Of a stretch of DNA of 39,563 nt, positions 25,896-34,836 are shown piece by piece. The DNA lies in UHGV virus genome UHGV-0170560. One strand, written 5' to 3'. The position numbers and the translations under genes were made by a program. The stretch is from a virus. Every line of letters starts with the position of its first letter. The first letter of the stretch is position 1. The notes under the pieces were generated by a model. The model made no database searches. It worked only from the letters and a program-made list of their open reading frames with translations, and was not told the origin of the DNA.

Positions 25896-26177
25896 ATGAA
25901 ATTAAAACAGAAGATCGTTAATGCCTTTGTGAATTCAACACATGAGTGGAATATGGCAATGCACAATGCCATCGAGAGAAAAGTACATGAAGGATTTAAA
26001 GATACCTTCCCAAATGGACTGAAGGATCCAGAGGAAACAGAGGAAAGAATCGAGTCCATGCGCACATTCTATTACCAGCGAATGATGAATACAGCCTCCT
26101 TGCTTCTAACAGGCTCATCGCTAATCATCGCTTTAATAGCTCTGCTTGTGGCAATGGTCTCAATCCACTATGCATAG
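25896..26177 (+). CDS. Hypothetical small C-terminally membrane-anchored protein (moron)
   Basis: 93 aa, AT-rich, C-terminal TM helix; converges on the TerL 3' end. Confidence 0.5.
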   Translation: MKLKQKIVNAFVNSTHEWNMAMHNAIERKVHEGFKDTFPNGLKDPEETEERIESMRTFYYQRMMNTASLLLTGSSLIIALIALLVAMVSIHYA

Positions 26178-27643
26178 GGGTCGTAATCTGTGACCGCTTT
26201 CCCCTGCTGGCTCTCCTGACCAAGAATGCGCAGGCGCTTCGTAACCGGGAACGCAAACGTCAGCAGTAGCGCATCGCCTTTACCCGGCGAACGCCCAAGC
26301 CGCTCCTTGATATCTTCCTTCGGTTCGATAACGATTTTACCGTCCACGCGAACTTTGTACTCTGCCGCCGACAGGTCGTCCGCTGTTTCCTGGTCATCCA
26401 GCATGCCGCCCAGCCTCAGCCATGTCTTGCATGAGTTGAACATCTCCCCACGCTTGTTAAGCATCTGCGGGTCAGTAGACGCGCCACCGAACGGAACAAG
26501 TTGCCATGTACGCCCCCAACCGTCACCGATTGACTTCAGACCGGTACCGTAACCGAAGTCGATGAACACCGCGTCAGCCTGGTACTGGTCTTCAAAGTCA
26601 GCGATACGCTTCGCCATAATCAGATCGTCGGTGGTCTTGTTACCAGTCCATAGCACCTTACTGTGCAGCCCCTGCCGCAGGTATATCACCGCGTCATCAA
26701 CGCCGGAGTATGCAGGGTCAACGCCGATTATCACCGGAGCATGTGCAACCTGCGCAGCAGTTACCACCCGTTTCATTGCCTCGTCAGTAAGTCCGGTAGG
26801 GATAAACTGCAATTCAGATGCATCCGGGAATATGCCGCGCACACGGATTTTAACGAAGTCGCTGTCTTCCCCGTAGTCATCAACCCATTTCTGCAACTGC
26901 TGTTTGTTAGTGCCTTCCACCGTCCGGCTGTCAATCTGCGCAGTTTTCCAGCGGTGTTTATATTTGCGGAAACATTCGCGGAAACGACCGGTATTACGCG
27001 TCGGGTTCCCGAACGCCACCCAGATGATTTCGGTGTCTTCGTCCGTCAGCGCACCCTCTGCTACCTCCCACACCAGATCCGCAATGTTCGACGCTTCATC
27101 GAATACCACGATGATGCGTTTGCGCTCGTTGTGTAGTCCGGCGAATGCCTCAGTGTTGTGCTCAGACCAGGGGATTGCGTCAGCTCGCCACCGCTTGTCG
27201 TGCCCAGGGTCATTGCTGTACATCGCGGTAGCGGTACAGGTAAACCAGTCTTTCGTGATAGCAAGGTTCGACCACTTGATAATTTCCGGCCAGGTCTTCG
27301 TTCGTAGCTGGTTGTCGGTGTTGGCGGTCACCACGACCTTACAATCCTCGCAAGTGGACATGCCCCAGTTGATCAGCATTGAGATGAATGCTGATTTACC
27401 AATACCGTGACCAGAAGCACGTGCCAGCATAATCGGCTGATAGCGCGTCTCTGGATTCTGCAGGTGGTCACGTATCTCTCGGAACGCATCAGCCTGCCAC
27501 TGACGTGGGCCGGTAGCATGTGCCAGTTCAGTCCCCTCTTCCCCCCACGGGAACGCATAGAGGGCATAGCCAAGCGGATCGTGAGTGAACCCTGCAATAT
27601 CCTCGATTAACTGCTCTTCAGGAGATAACGCTGTATCTGTCAC
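26168..27643 (-). CDS. Terminase large subunit
   Basis: 491 aa; Walker A-like GHGIGKS, Walker B-like IIVVFDEAS, C-terminal nuclease-type acidic motifs; ATGA-coupled to TerS. Confidence 0.85.
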   Translation of the reverse strand: MTDTALSPEEQLIEDIAGFTHDPLGYALYAFPWGEEGTELAHATGPRQWQADAFREIRDHLQNPETRYQPIMLARASGHGIGKSAFISMLINWGMSTCEDCKVVVTANTDNQLRTKTWPEIIKWSNLAITKDWFTCTATAMYSNDPGHDKRWRADAIPWSEHNTEAFAGLHNERKRIIVVFDEASNIADLVWEVAEGALTDEDTEIIWVAFGNPTRNTGRFRECFRKYKHRWKTAQIDSRTVEGTNKQQLQKWVDDYGEDSDFVKIRVRGIFPDASELQFIPTGLTDEAMKRVVTAAQVAHAPVIIGVDPAYSGVDDAVIYLRQGLHSKVLWTGNKTTDDLIMAKRIADFEDQYQADAVFIDFGYGTGLKSIGDGWGRTWQLVPFGGASTDPQMLNKRGEMFNSCKTWLRLGGMLDDQETADDLSAAEYKVRVDGKIVIEPKEDIKERLGRSPGKGDALLLTFAFPVTKRLRILGQESQQGKAVTDYDPYA

Positions 27644-28236
27644 TGATTACCATCCTGACGTTCTTTGAGTCGCTTCCTGGCTGCTGCTATGCGATCAGCA
27701 ATTGTCACATTCACATTAACATCCAGACGTTCTTTGAACGCGTTGACATCAACATGCTTACCAATCAGTTCTAGGTTCTTCACCTTGTCAGGCCATTTAA
27801 TTTTTTTGAGGATTGTCTCTATCGAGTCCTCGTTCATGTTCATGATGGTCGATGACAGATCAAAGCCGCTAAGCGTAGTGCGCCAGATTTTCGGCCACTC
27901 ACGGATTGGTTTAAGGCTCCCATCGTCGTTGAGGATATCGATCACGTCCATCTGGTCGATCTCCACCAGGCGCATGAGAACGTAATCAGCACTGACGCGC
28001 ATTCGTTTGTTGCGCTCCTCCATCAACTCGGCAATCCGTTTTTGAATGCGTTCATCGCGCATCATAACACTGGCTTTAACTGCCGCTGTATTTGGGGAGA
28101 ATCCAGCGTTAATCGCAGCCTGAGTCTGGTTTTCAGGCGTTTTGATGTATGACTGGCAATAAGCCTCCTGCATTGCTGTGAGCGGCTTAAATTGCGTTGA
28201 TTTGCGTTTATAGGTTTTAGGTTCAGCAGGCATCAT
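27640..28236 (-). CDS. Terminase small subunit
   Basis: 198 aa from ATG (the track ORF starts at an upstream TTG); basic helix-rich protein immediately upstream of TerL. Confidence 0.6.
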   Translation of the reverse strand: MMPAEPKTYKRKSTQFKPLTAMQEAYCQSYIKTPENQTQAAINAGFSPNTAAVKASVMMRDERIQKRIAELMEERNKRMRVSADYVLMRLVEIDQMDVIDILNDDGSLKPIREWPKIWRTTLSGFDLSSTIMNMNEDSIETILKKIKWPDKVKNLELIGKHVDVNAFKERLDVNVNVTIADRIAAARKRLKERQDGNQ

Positions 28237-28354
28237 AACCACCCTGGTAATTGTTACCGTTGTGGTAATAGTACCATGCAAAATAAAGCCACCATAGTTG
28301 GCGGCAGTATTCAAAACCCATCAAATTCATCATGCATAATCTACTCGTGACATG

Positions 28355-28696
28355 TCACACTATTAATTTAGTTTCATGCCAGCCTTTAGTCACCCAGCAT
28401 TGCGAGTCACCATTACACGGGCATGAATTAACGGGAACTTTCTCGCCGCACTTACCGCAACGTTTTCTGCTAATCGATTTTATACGCCCGCGCACGCGTG
28501 CATCATCCTGGCGGATCAGTAACGCTATATACTCACCAAATTCGTAAGGAGAACGCCCGGGGCGACGCGTGGCACAGTTACGTTCCAGCATTTCAATTTC
28601 CTGAGTATCAAGCACAATCTCCAGCTTACGTACACCGGATTCAGCTTGTCTGGCTCTCTGAGCGGCTTTGCGCTCTGCTGCTGATTTAGCCATCAA
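28355..28696 (-). CDS. Hypothetical Cys-rich protein (possible zinc-binding)
   Basis: 113 aa with CGKCGE...CPCNG cluster; no HNH His signature recognised. Confidence 0.45.
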   Translation of the reverse strand: MMAKSAAERKAAQRARQAESGVRKLEIVLDTQEIEMLERNCATRRPGRSPYEFGEYIALLIRQDDARVRGRIKSISRKRCGKCGEKVPVNSCPCNGDSQCWVTKGWHETKLIV

Positions 28697-28967
28697 TATT
28701 TACCTTTATCGCGAACACCTTTACCGGTTTATCACCGAAGTGCGGATGTGTGATTGTCTTGATTTCATATCCGTCATACGGGACGTTAATTCTGCGACTG
28801 GAGTCGTCGCGCTTCGGATATCCCCTTGTGATAATCAGGCGGTCATACTTACGGTTAACGAGGCGCTTATTCCAGTAGTCATTACACAGGCGATACTCTT
28901 CCGTTTTCTCCCCGCGAATCATGGCATCGAAGTATTCACCTTTAACGGCAAGTTGCAGGTTAGCCAT
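28686..28967 (-). CDS. ASCH-like domain protein
   Basis: 93 aa from internal ATG; N-terminal G-x-K-T-x-E-x-R pattern typical of ASCH. Confidence 0.45.
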   Translation of the reverse strand: MANLQLAVKGEYFDAMIRGEKTEEYRLCNDYWNKRLVNRKYDRLIITRGYPKRDDSSRRINVPYDGYEIKTITHPHFGDKPVKVFAIKVNIDG

Positions 28968-29227
28968 TACCGCACCTCCAGTCTCCATACCGCCTGACCA
29001 ATCCGGCTGGCATAGGTATCTTTGGATACTGCTCCGTCTTTAGCCAGCTCCATAAGAATTTTGCGCAAATCTGCCGAACGCCATTCTTCATCAGGAAATT
29101 CCTTCTCCATTGCCAACCGCAGATTCCAGGTTGCCATCCTGAATTGATATTCCCCGCCGAGAGCTTTATCTTGCAGGGCAGCCCGGGAACGCATCACCTG
29201 CAAAACCTTCTCTTTTACATCCATCAT
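28967..29227 (-). CDS. Hypothetical protein
   Basis: 86 aa from ATG overlapping the upstream stop (ATGA). Confidence 0.45.
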   Translation of the reverse strand: MMDVKEKVLQVMRSRAALQDKALGGEYQFRMATWNLRLAMEKEFPDEEWRSADLRKILMELAKDGAVSKDTYASRIGQAVWRLEVR

Positions 29228-29799
29228 TTCGCCTCCTGCGGCGGTTCTGGTAGCGGCATCCAGTGTGACGGTTTCCACGACGCACCAGGAATTATCCACC
29301 CATCATTAGCGTCAGGATGACCCGGGATGTAAGTCGCCCATTTCATTCGCCAGTCACCTTTCCTGCCAAACTCCACGGCAACAAGAACGGCTGTTTTGGT
29401 ATCCGGCATTCGCTCACTACAGCTTATCCAACCATCCGGAGTTACCGGAGAGTTGCCATTTACATCGAAGTTTGGCTCTGCGTCCTGAACCAGGAGGATG
29501 TAACCATTCTTGGCCGTATCAAGTTCTAACGCCTCGGTGACGGTGCCGAAATAGCGATTACCTAAATCAGCATCACAAGTGCTTACATCAATGGAAACTT
29601 CCATCCCTTCGATTAATTCTGGCAAGTTGTAAGTTTGGCTTACAGGTTCTGCACTATCAGCTTCGCGCCGCTTCTGTAGCTCTGCTGCCATCGCTCTCAC
29701 GACTTCAACTGGTGCCCTTGCAGCAAACTCTATGTTGGTGATTAGCTCATTAAGATATTGCTCGCCTGGATACTGTTTCTTATCGGTTATAGTGGTCAT
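29224..29799 (-). CDS. DUF551-like protein
   Basis: 191 aa; C-terminal HWMPLPEPP motif characteristic of DUF551. Confidence 0.6.
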   Translation of the reverse strand: MTTITDKKQYPGEQYLNELITNIEFAARAPVEVVRAMAAELQKRREADSAEPVSQTYNLPELIEGMEVSIDVSTCDADLGNRYFGTVTEALELDTAKNGYILLVQDAEPNFDVNGNSPVTPDGWISCSERMPDTKTAVLVAVEFGRKGDWRMKWATYIPGHPDANDGWIIPGASWKPSHWMPLPEPPQEAK

Positions 29800-29800
29800 A

Positions 29801-30253
29801 TCACTCTCCTTTTCCCTGAAGCATGGCGGCACGACAGGCGTTCCAGCCTCTCACCTCTGCAATAGCGGCAACAGCATCGACCGCGTACATTTTAAGAGGG
29901 TTAGGCATTGGTTTTTCTTCAGGTACTACTGGAATGGGTGGGGCGGCGTAGACCTCAATAATTCCATTATCAATAGGCCATTCTCCATCCTTGAGGTAGT
30001 CACTTGTGCCGTCAACTTGCTGTTCTGCAATGTGGAATGCACCTATTGGTTTTGCCTCAAGCGATGCCAGAGCAATCCGCGCCAGCTCACGCACAACTTC
30101 AGGGGGAGCGTGACGGTCATTCAGGTCATCCCACAGACGTAGCATGTTATCGCTACCAGGGTGAACATCCTCATTAGTTCCGGCCAGCGCACTAATAACC
30201 TCATCGGCTGCTTCAATAATTTTCTGTGCCTGTTCTCTGGTAATAGTGGTCAT
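29801..30253 (-). CDS. Hypothetical protein (shares MTTIT N-terminus with the adjacent gene)
   Basis: 150-aa ORF with GAGGA RBS. Confidence 0.5.
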   Translation of the reverse strand: MTTITREQAQKIIEAADEVISALAGTNEDVHPGSDNMLRLWDDLNDRHAPPEVVRELARIALASLEAKPIGAFHIAEQQVDGTSDYLKDGEWPIDNGIIEVYAAPPIPVVPEEKPMPNPLKMYAVDAVAAIAEVRGWNACRAAMLQGKGE

Positions 30254-30459
30254 TTGTTAATCCTCAAAACTTTATGCCCTGGCGCAAAAGCACGCGTTTT
30301 GTCTTTGCTTATTCGCCAGCCATCCTTGCGCGCCTCTTTTGCACAGCCAGCCCATGACGTACCTATATACTCACCGAAGTCTGGCACTGGATATACACCT
30401 TCCGTACACTGGCGGCAGTCACAATAGAGATGCATGGTGTAACTTGCGGCAATAGACAT
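30250..30459 (-). CDS. Hypothetical small Cys-rich protein
   Basis: 69 aa from ATG with AGGAG RBS at 7 nt; CDCRQC...C pattern. Confidence 0.45.
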   Translation of the reverse strand: MSIAASYTMHLYCDCRQCTEGVYPVPDFGEYIGTSWAGCAKEARKDGWRISKDKTRAFAPGHKVLRINK

Positions 30460-30460
30460 A

Positions 30461-30652
30461 TCAGGCTCCTTTAGTGCGCAAGTGGTTTTTCCAGCGGTTT
30501 TGCGCCGCGCTGCGCTTATCTTTGATTCCCTCTCTGGCAATTCCAGAATATAAGTACAACACCACACGGCGATTGCTAACTCTCAACCACTGGCTGGGAT
30601 AGCAACGTCTGTATACACGGGAAATAAGCATCTTTGCCTTACGGTTTTTCAT
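30461..30652 (-). CDS. Hypothetical small basic protein
   Basis: 63 aa; ATGA overlap with the upstream gene. Confidence 0.4.
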   Translation of the reverse strand: MKNRKAKMLISRVYRRCYPSQWLRVSNRRVVLYLYSGIAREGIKDKRSAAQNRWKNHLRTKGA

Positions 30653-30825
30653 CGTTTTGCTCTCCTGCGTTTCTTTGCTTCGCGTCGTGCAGCCGCAATA
30701 CCGGTATGGCGGCGCTTTGGTGCCGGGATGATGTTGTCAGCCATCAGTACATGCGGCTTTGCAATTAGCGCAGAAGCCCAAAATCGAGTCGGATACGGTA
30801 ACAAGCCGATACATGCCACACGCAT
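30649..30825 (-). CDS. Hypothetical small protein with basic C-terminus
   Basis: 58 aa, below track cutoff; GGAGG RBS 7 nt upstream of ATG; my translation MRVACIGLLPYPTRFWASALIAKPHVLMADNIIPAPKRRHTGIAAARREAKKRRRAKR. Confidence 0.4.
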   Translation of the reverse strand: MRVACIGLLPYPTRFWASALIAKPHVLMADNIIPAPKRRHTGIAAARREAKKRRRAKR

Positions 30826-30828
30826 TAC

Positions 30829-31524
30829 TCACCTCCTTTGATGCGAATGCCAGCGGCGTGGCACATTAACTTCCACGATGCGCACAGTTGGTTTGTACAT
30901 CTCAATCGCTGTCAGCCAGTCAGCGCCAGTCATGCGCTTTTCTGCATCGCCATTAGTCCACTTAACCGGTACACCAATAGCCTTCATCGCGATTTCTATT
31001 TCCCCGGCAATGGCGCTTTTTCCGCAACCAGTAAAACCAGAAACAACGACAAGAACTTCACCTTTGGCTGGTTTTATTTCCCGTGCTTCCAGTTCTGCAA
31101 TACGCTTACTCCCATCCGAGATAACACCTTCGTAATACTCGCGTTGCTCGTTGAGTTTTGATTTTGCTTCCTCAAGCTCAACACGCAGCTTCCCTACCGT
31201 TAGCGCAATTTCCTCGTTCTCCTGGTCGCGGCGTTTGATGTATTGCTGGTTTCTTTCCCGTTCATCCAGAAGCGCCAGCACAGTAGCCGGATTGGCTGCG
31301 GCGATGAATTCAGCATTGGCCTGCTGTTCAGTTTGGAAATCTTCATCGAAACCGCTTTCAGGATGCGCTCCTTCAATTCTGCAAATGGGAATATATCCAG
31401 CAACTTCACGATGAATTAGTGCATCATCACCATCAAATCGGCCATCTCCATATTCGAGCGACCACTCGCCACACGTTGCTTTCTCTGCCGCCTCGCGCAG
31501 TGCCTGATAGTTAATTTCGCTCAC
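30829..31524 (-). CDS. Ea22-like protein with C-terminal Walker-A-like motif
   Basis: 231 aa; N-terminus MSEINYQALREAAEKATCGEWSLEY resembles lambdoid Ea22-family proteins; C-terminal GFTGCGKS. Confidence 0.55.
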   Translation of the reverse strand: MSEINYQALREAAEKATCGEWSLEYGDGRFDGDDALIHREVAGYIPICRIEGAHPESGFDEDFQTEQQANAEFIAAANPATVLALLDERERNQQYIKRRDQENEEIALTVGKLRVELEEAKSKLNEQREYYEGVISDGSKRIAELEAREIKPAKGEVLVVVSGFTGCGKSAIAGEIEIAMKAIGVPVKWTNGDAEKRMTGADWLTAIEMYKPTVRIVEVNVPRRWHSHQRR

Positions 31525-31828
31525 TGGCTGCCTCCTTTGCTGGGCTTTCTAACTTCTGAGTGGTTGTATCAAACTCAAACAACTTAACCACGTCATCAAA
31601 CAGGACATAATCGCCATCAGAATCTTCAGTCATGTCAGCGCCACAATCCTGACCGAACGAGTCACAACCATCCATATCAAGTTCGTATCGCTTGAGTTTT
31701 GCGATATTTGATAAATTCAGCGCCAGTACAGCAAGGTCATAAACCTCATCAGCGGTATACCCGGCACCATGCCCATACATTTCAATACGGGATATGATTT
31801 CTTCTACACGTTGTTTTGTGATCGTCAT
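31511..31828 (-). CDS. Hypothetical acidic protein
   Basis: 105-aa ORF in the nin-like block. Confidence 0.45.
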   Translation of the reverse strand: MTITKQRVEEIISRIEMYGHGAGYTADEVYDLAVLALNLSNIAKLKRYELDMDGCDSFGQDCGADMTEDSDGDYVLFDDVVKLFEFDTTTQKLESPAKEAASERN

Positions 31829-31830
31829 TT

Positions 31831-32349
31831 TTACTCACCTTCCTGTTCTTCCAGAAAAATACGCATAGCCTCAAGCATCTCTTCGGTGTCATACGGTGAC
31901 AACTTGTCACGCAGGATGTGTTCAATGCTGTTAATGAACTTGCGGATTGCTTTGCGTTCAATTTCAGCAAGGAATGCGTCGGTGGCCGGGGTTTTGATTT
32001 CGTTAAGTGCATCACTGAATCCACCTCTCTCCATACCTAGCTCTGCTTCGTAATCGGCATCGAATGCAGCGTCTTTGCAGAACTTCTTCAGCCCCGCATT
32101 CTCCGCAGCCAGCGCCGAAAATTTCTCGTGTGCCAACTTAACAGCTGCATCAGCCTGCTTAATTGACTCAATCGCTTTCTGCTGGTCTTCGGCCAGCGCA
32201 TTAGCACGCACCAGTTGCACTTCCAGTTGCGTTGCCAAATCGCTGATCAGCTTTGCCACACTGCGCATATCAACGGCACCACATTCTGCTTTCAGTTCCG
32301 AAGCCATCTCATGCCCGGCGGCAACTAACCCTTTGATATTACTTTCCAT
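31831..32349 (-). CDS. Hypothetical coiled-coil protein
   Basis: 172-aa ORF. Confidence 0.45.
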   Translation of the reverse strand: MESNIKGLVAAGHEMASELKAECGAVDMRSVAKLISDLATQLEVQLVRANALAEDQQKAIESIKQADAAVKLAHEKFSALAAENAGLKKFCKDAAFDADYEAELGMERGGFSDALNEIKTPATDAFLAEIERKAIRKFINSIEHILRDKLSPYDTEEMLEAMRIFLEEQEGE

Positions 32350-32410
32350 CTTTACCCTCGCTTATCCACATAACTTATTGATTACATTGATAACTAAAAA
32401 GATCGTCGAT

Positions 32411-32755
32411 TCAGAACTCTTCGATGTTCCAGCCACCACCCGCTTTCTTTGTCTTAACCGTTACCCCGATGATGCGAAACGGGTACTGGTCTGCTGCGAC
32501 TTTGGTTTTCACCCTGGCGTCGTCGGTCCAGAAACCTTTCACTTCGTGTAGTTCCATCTCGCCGGTGGCGAGCATCACAGCAAAATCGGGCGTATAGAAC
32601 GTGTTGTCAGCTAACCGCAGCTTGATACCCTCGAATCGATACCAGGCGATTTCCCCTGCACGTTTACGCAGCTCAAGGTGCTGGCAATACGCAGATTCTG
32701 TTTTGTTCATCTGGCCTGTTTTGAGTCGACCAAGAGCCTGTATCTGTTTTCTCAT
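32411..32755 (-). CDS. DUF1064-like protein
   Basis: 114 aa; YTPDFAV...ELHEVKGFWTDDARVK pattern recalled for DUF1064. Confidence 0.5.
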   Translation of the reverse strand: MRKQIQALGRLKTGQMNKTESAYCQHLELRKRAGEIAWYRFEGIKLRLADNTFYTPDFAVMLATGEMELHEVKGFWTDDARVKTKVAADQYPFRIIGVTVKTKKAGGGWNIEEF

Positions 32756-32872
32756 GATTTACCCCTTAGGTAATTAAAAACCACATAAGACATGAAATCA
32801 ATAGAAGTTAGAAGATTTTATTACCTTCTAGGTAATCATATAGACGTAAAAAAATGCGCTATCGCGCTGGTA

Positions 32873-33673
32873 TTACTTGATAAATCCTGCCGCCTTTCCC
32901 CGCCTGTATTCCTCCATCAGCCACTGCGCCGGTGTTATTCCCCCAAGGGTGGCGGCGTTAGGCATGCACCCGAAACTTCGCCCTGGTGGATGGTAAACGT
33001 CTCTCCCTGTGTCCGGAGGCGTACTCATGGGTTCTGGCTTTGCCTGTATGCTGATCACCGGATCGGGTATCTGCTGTCCGGAAGCCACCTTTTTCGCCCA
33101 ATCATCGAGCAGCCTGCGCGCGTGTTTCTCAACCTCAATCTCGCTAAGCTGGCGCTGATACATTGCACGGCGGGTATCACATACGACCCAGTACATAACC
33201 GGATGTCGCCACGGGAATCTTTCCGGACCACCAGGATATAAACTTTTTTCCTTGCTGTACCGGTGAAACTCCGCCATCACATCGTCAATGGTGATGCCAA
33301 GAACCATCTTGCTGTCTTTACACCACTTGATGAATTGCCCTGGCGACGGCCAGAACGGAGATTCACTGGCGCGGGCGTGGCGCATACCAGCAGAAACCTG
33401 TTCACGGGTTCGGATCCCACCTTCGGCAAACGCAGCAATCCACTGCTGTTTTGCAGCGACTTCCTGCTCTGGCGTCTTCAGGTTGGTTACCACTGCCGCC
33501 GGAAACAGTTGTTTCAGCTGTTTGAAAAGGGCATCAACAAGCCTCTCTGCTGACATGTTCACCACATTGTCATTGTTGACGTACTGATGCTCATAACCTG
33601 ACATGCGAGAAAGGGCTTCTCCGTCACGGTTTTGTATCGCGGTAAAAACGTTGTTCACAAGAAATCCTCCCAC
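32873..33673 (-). CDS. Replication protein P-like (helicase loader)
   Basis: 266 aa; QWIAAFAEGGIRTREQVSAGMRHARASESPFWPSPGQFIKWCKD closely parallels lambda P by recollection. Confidence 0.8.
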   Translation of the reverse strand: MGGFLVNNVFTAIQNRDGEALSRMSGYEHQYVNNDNVVNMSAERLVDALFKQLKQLFPAAVVTNLKTPEQEVAAKQQWIAAFAEGGIRTREQVSAGMRHARASESPFWPSPGQFIKWCKDSKMVLGITIDDVMAEFHRYSKEKSLYPGGPERFPWRHPVMYWVVCDTRRAMYQRQLSEIEVEKHARRLLDDWAKKVASGQQIPDPVISIQAKPEPMSTPPDTGRDVYHPPGRSFGCMPNAATLGGITPAQWLMEEYRRGKAAGFIK

Positions 33674-34470
33674 GCTTCAGGGCTGTTCCAGTGCGGAACG
33701 TTGTTATCAGGTAATGTTGATTGCTTCTGTCTGCTAATCTGCAGCCGCCTTGCCAGCTTCTGCTCCCACTGTGCCTGATGGTATGCCTTACCCTCAGCCA
33801 TCCAGTAAATTCTGAACTCTGCAAGTTCCTGTGCCGTTGGCAGACTGTCCAGGTAGATTCCCTGCAATGAGCTTTTTCGAAGAAAGTCATCTGATGGCTG
33901 CCATTGTTCATGCATGACAAATTTGCCTAATTGCCCTGGCCCACCAGGAGGAACAAAGTTATTCATCACGGCGTTGTTTGCGCCGGGGTCATGAGGCACA
34001 GAATCCCCGGTTTTTGTCCTGCTCTCCCTCTCTTGGTTAAATGACTGGTTATATGACTGGTTCTGGATCCCGTTTTTGGGATCATTCAACATCCCGTTTT
34101 TGGGATCATTCAACATCCCGTTTTTGGGTATATTCCCGTTTTCGGGAACATTACCGTTTTCGGGTTCATTACCCCCCTCCCGGTTGCCTTTAATGTTCCC
34201 GTTTTTGGTTATATTAAGAGAGAAAACCCGCACTCTTTTCGTCGCTCCCTTTCTCTCTCCGGTATCTAAAATAAGCCCCATTTTCATGAGCGATATAAGC
34301 CCGGCCTGCACGGTTTTTTTATTCAGGCAAGTGTCTTTAACGAGGCGTTCTATGCTGGGGTAGCAGAGGTTATATTCATCGGCTCTGTCAGCCATCGAGA
34401 GCAGTATGAGCTTTAATGACGAGCTACCTGGATCTGTCTCCCAGGCCCAATCTGTTGCATGTCTGCTCAT
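33655..34470 (-). CDS. Replication initiator O-like protein (iterons inside the gene)
   Basis: 271 aa; N-terminal HTH-like domain; internal NGN.P.NG repeat region encoded by the iteron array; overlaps the P-like gene. Confidence 0.75.
   Translation of the reverse strand: MSRHATDWAWETDPGSSSLKLILLSMADRADEYNLCYPSIERLVKDTCLNKKTVQAGLISLMKMGLILDTGERKGATKRVRVFSLNITKNGNIKGNREGGNEPENGNVPENGNIPKNGMLNDPKNGMLNDPKNGIQNQSYNQSFNQERESRTKTGDSVPHDPGANNAVMNNFVPPGGPGQLGKFVMHEQWQPSDDFLRKSSLQGIYLDSLPTAQELAEFRIYWMAEGKAYHQAQWEQKLARRLQISRQKQSTLPDNNVPHWNSPEAWEDFL
34066..34215. repeat. Iteron array, probable replication origin within the O-like gene
   Basis: Two perfect 24-bp copies ATCCCGTTTTTGGGATCATTCAAC (34066-34089, 34090-34113) plus 3-4 degenerate copies. 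Confidence 0.75.
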
Positions 34471-34485
34471 GATTAATCTCCGCTA

Positions 34486-34686
34486 TCAGCTTGAATGTTG
34501 TGGGGAGGAATTAATCATGATCTGCTTAATCTCTGCCCTGATACGACGGTTTGATTCCATGGTGCACTCAACACAGTGTCCGTTGTAAACCCAGCGTTCA
34601 CTGTCATGTCCGTGCTTACATGTTTTTCCGGTGTAGTAGCGTTTAAGTCCGCGCTTTGCGGCATCAATACGTGTAATGATTTCCAT
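34486..34686 (-). CDS. Small putative zinc-ribbon protein at the cII position
   Basis: 66 aa from internal ATG (start uncertain); CKHGH...CVEC motif. Confidence 0.4.
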   Translation of the reverse strand: MEIITRIDAAKRGLKRYYTGKTCKHGHDSERWVYNGHCVECTMESNRRIRAEIKQIMINSSPQHSS

Positions 34687-34790
34687 GGTAAGCCCTGTTA
34701 TTAGTATTGGGATTACGGTCATTTTGTGCTGACACAAAAAAAAGATCAACCAGATTTGGTTTTTTATTACCTTTGAGGTGCGAATAGATA

Positions 34791-34814
34791 TGAAAAGACC
34801 GCCGGGTGGCGGTC
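34791..34814 (-). terminator. Rho-independent terminator downstream of the Cro-like gene (tR1-like position)
   Basis: Stem GACCGCC/GGCGGTC with loop GGGT; T-run on the minus strand. Confidence 0.65.
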
Positions 34815-34836
34815 TACAGAGGGTTGTAGCTGGATA

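Noticed and set aside
34066-34215. Possible CRISPR array because of tandem 24-bp repeats
   Set aside because: The repeats are contiguous without unique spacers, sit inside a coding sequence and keep its reading frame, and have iteron-like dyad ends; a replication origin is the better explanation.
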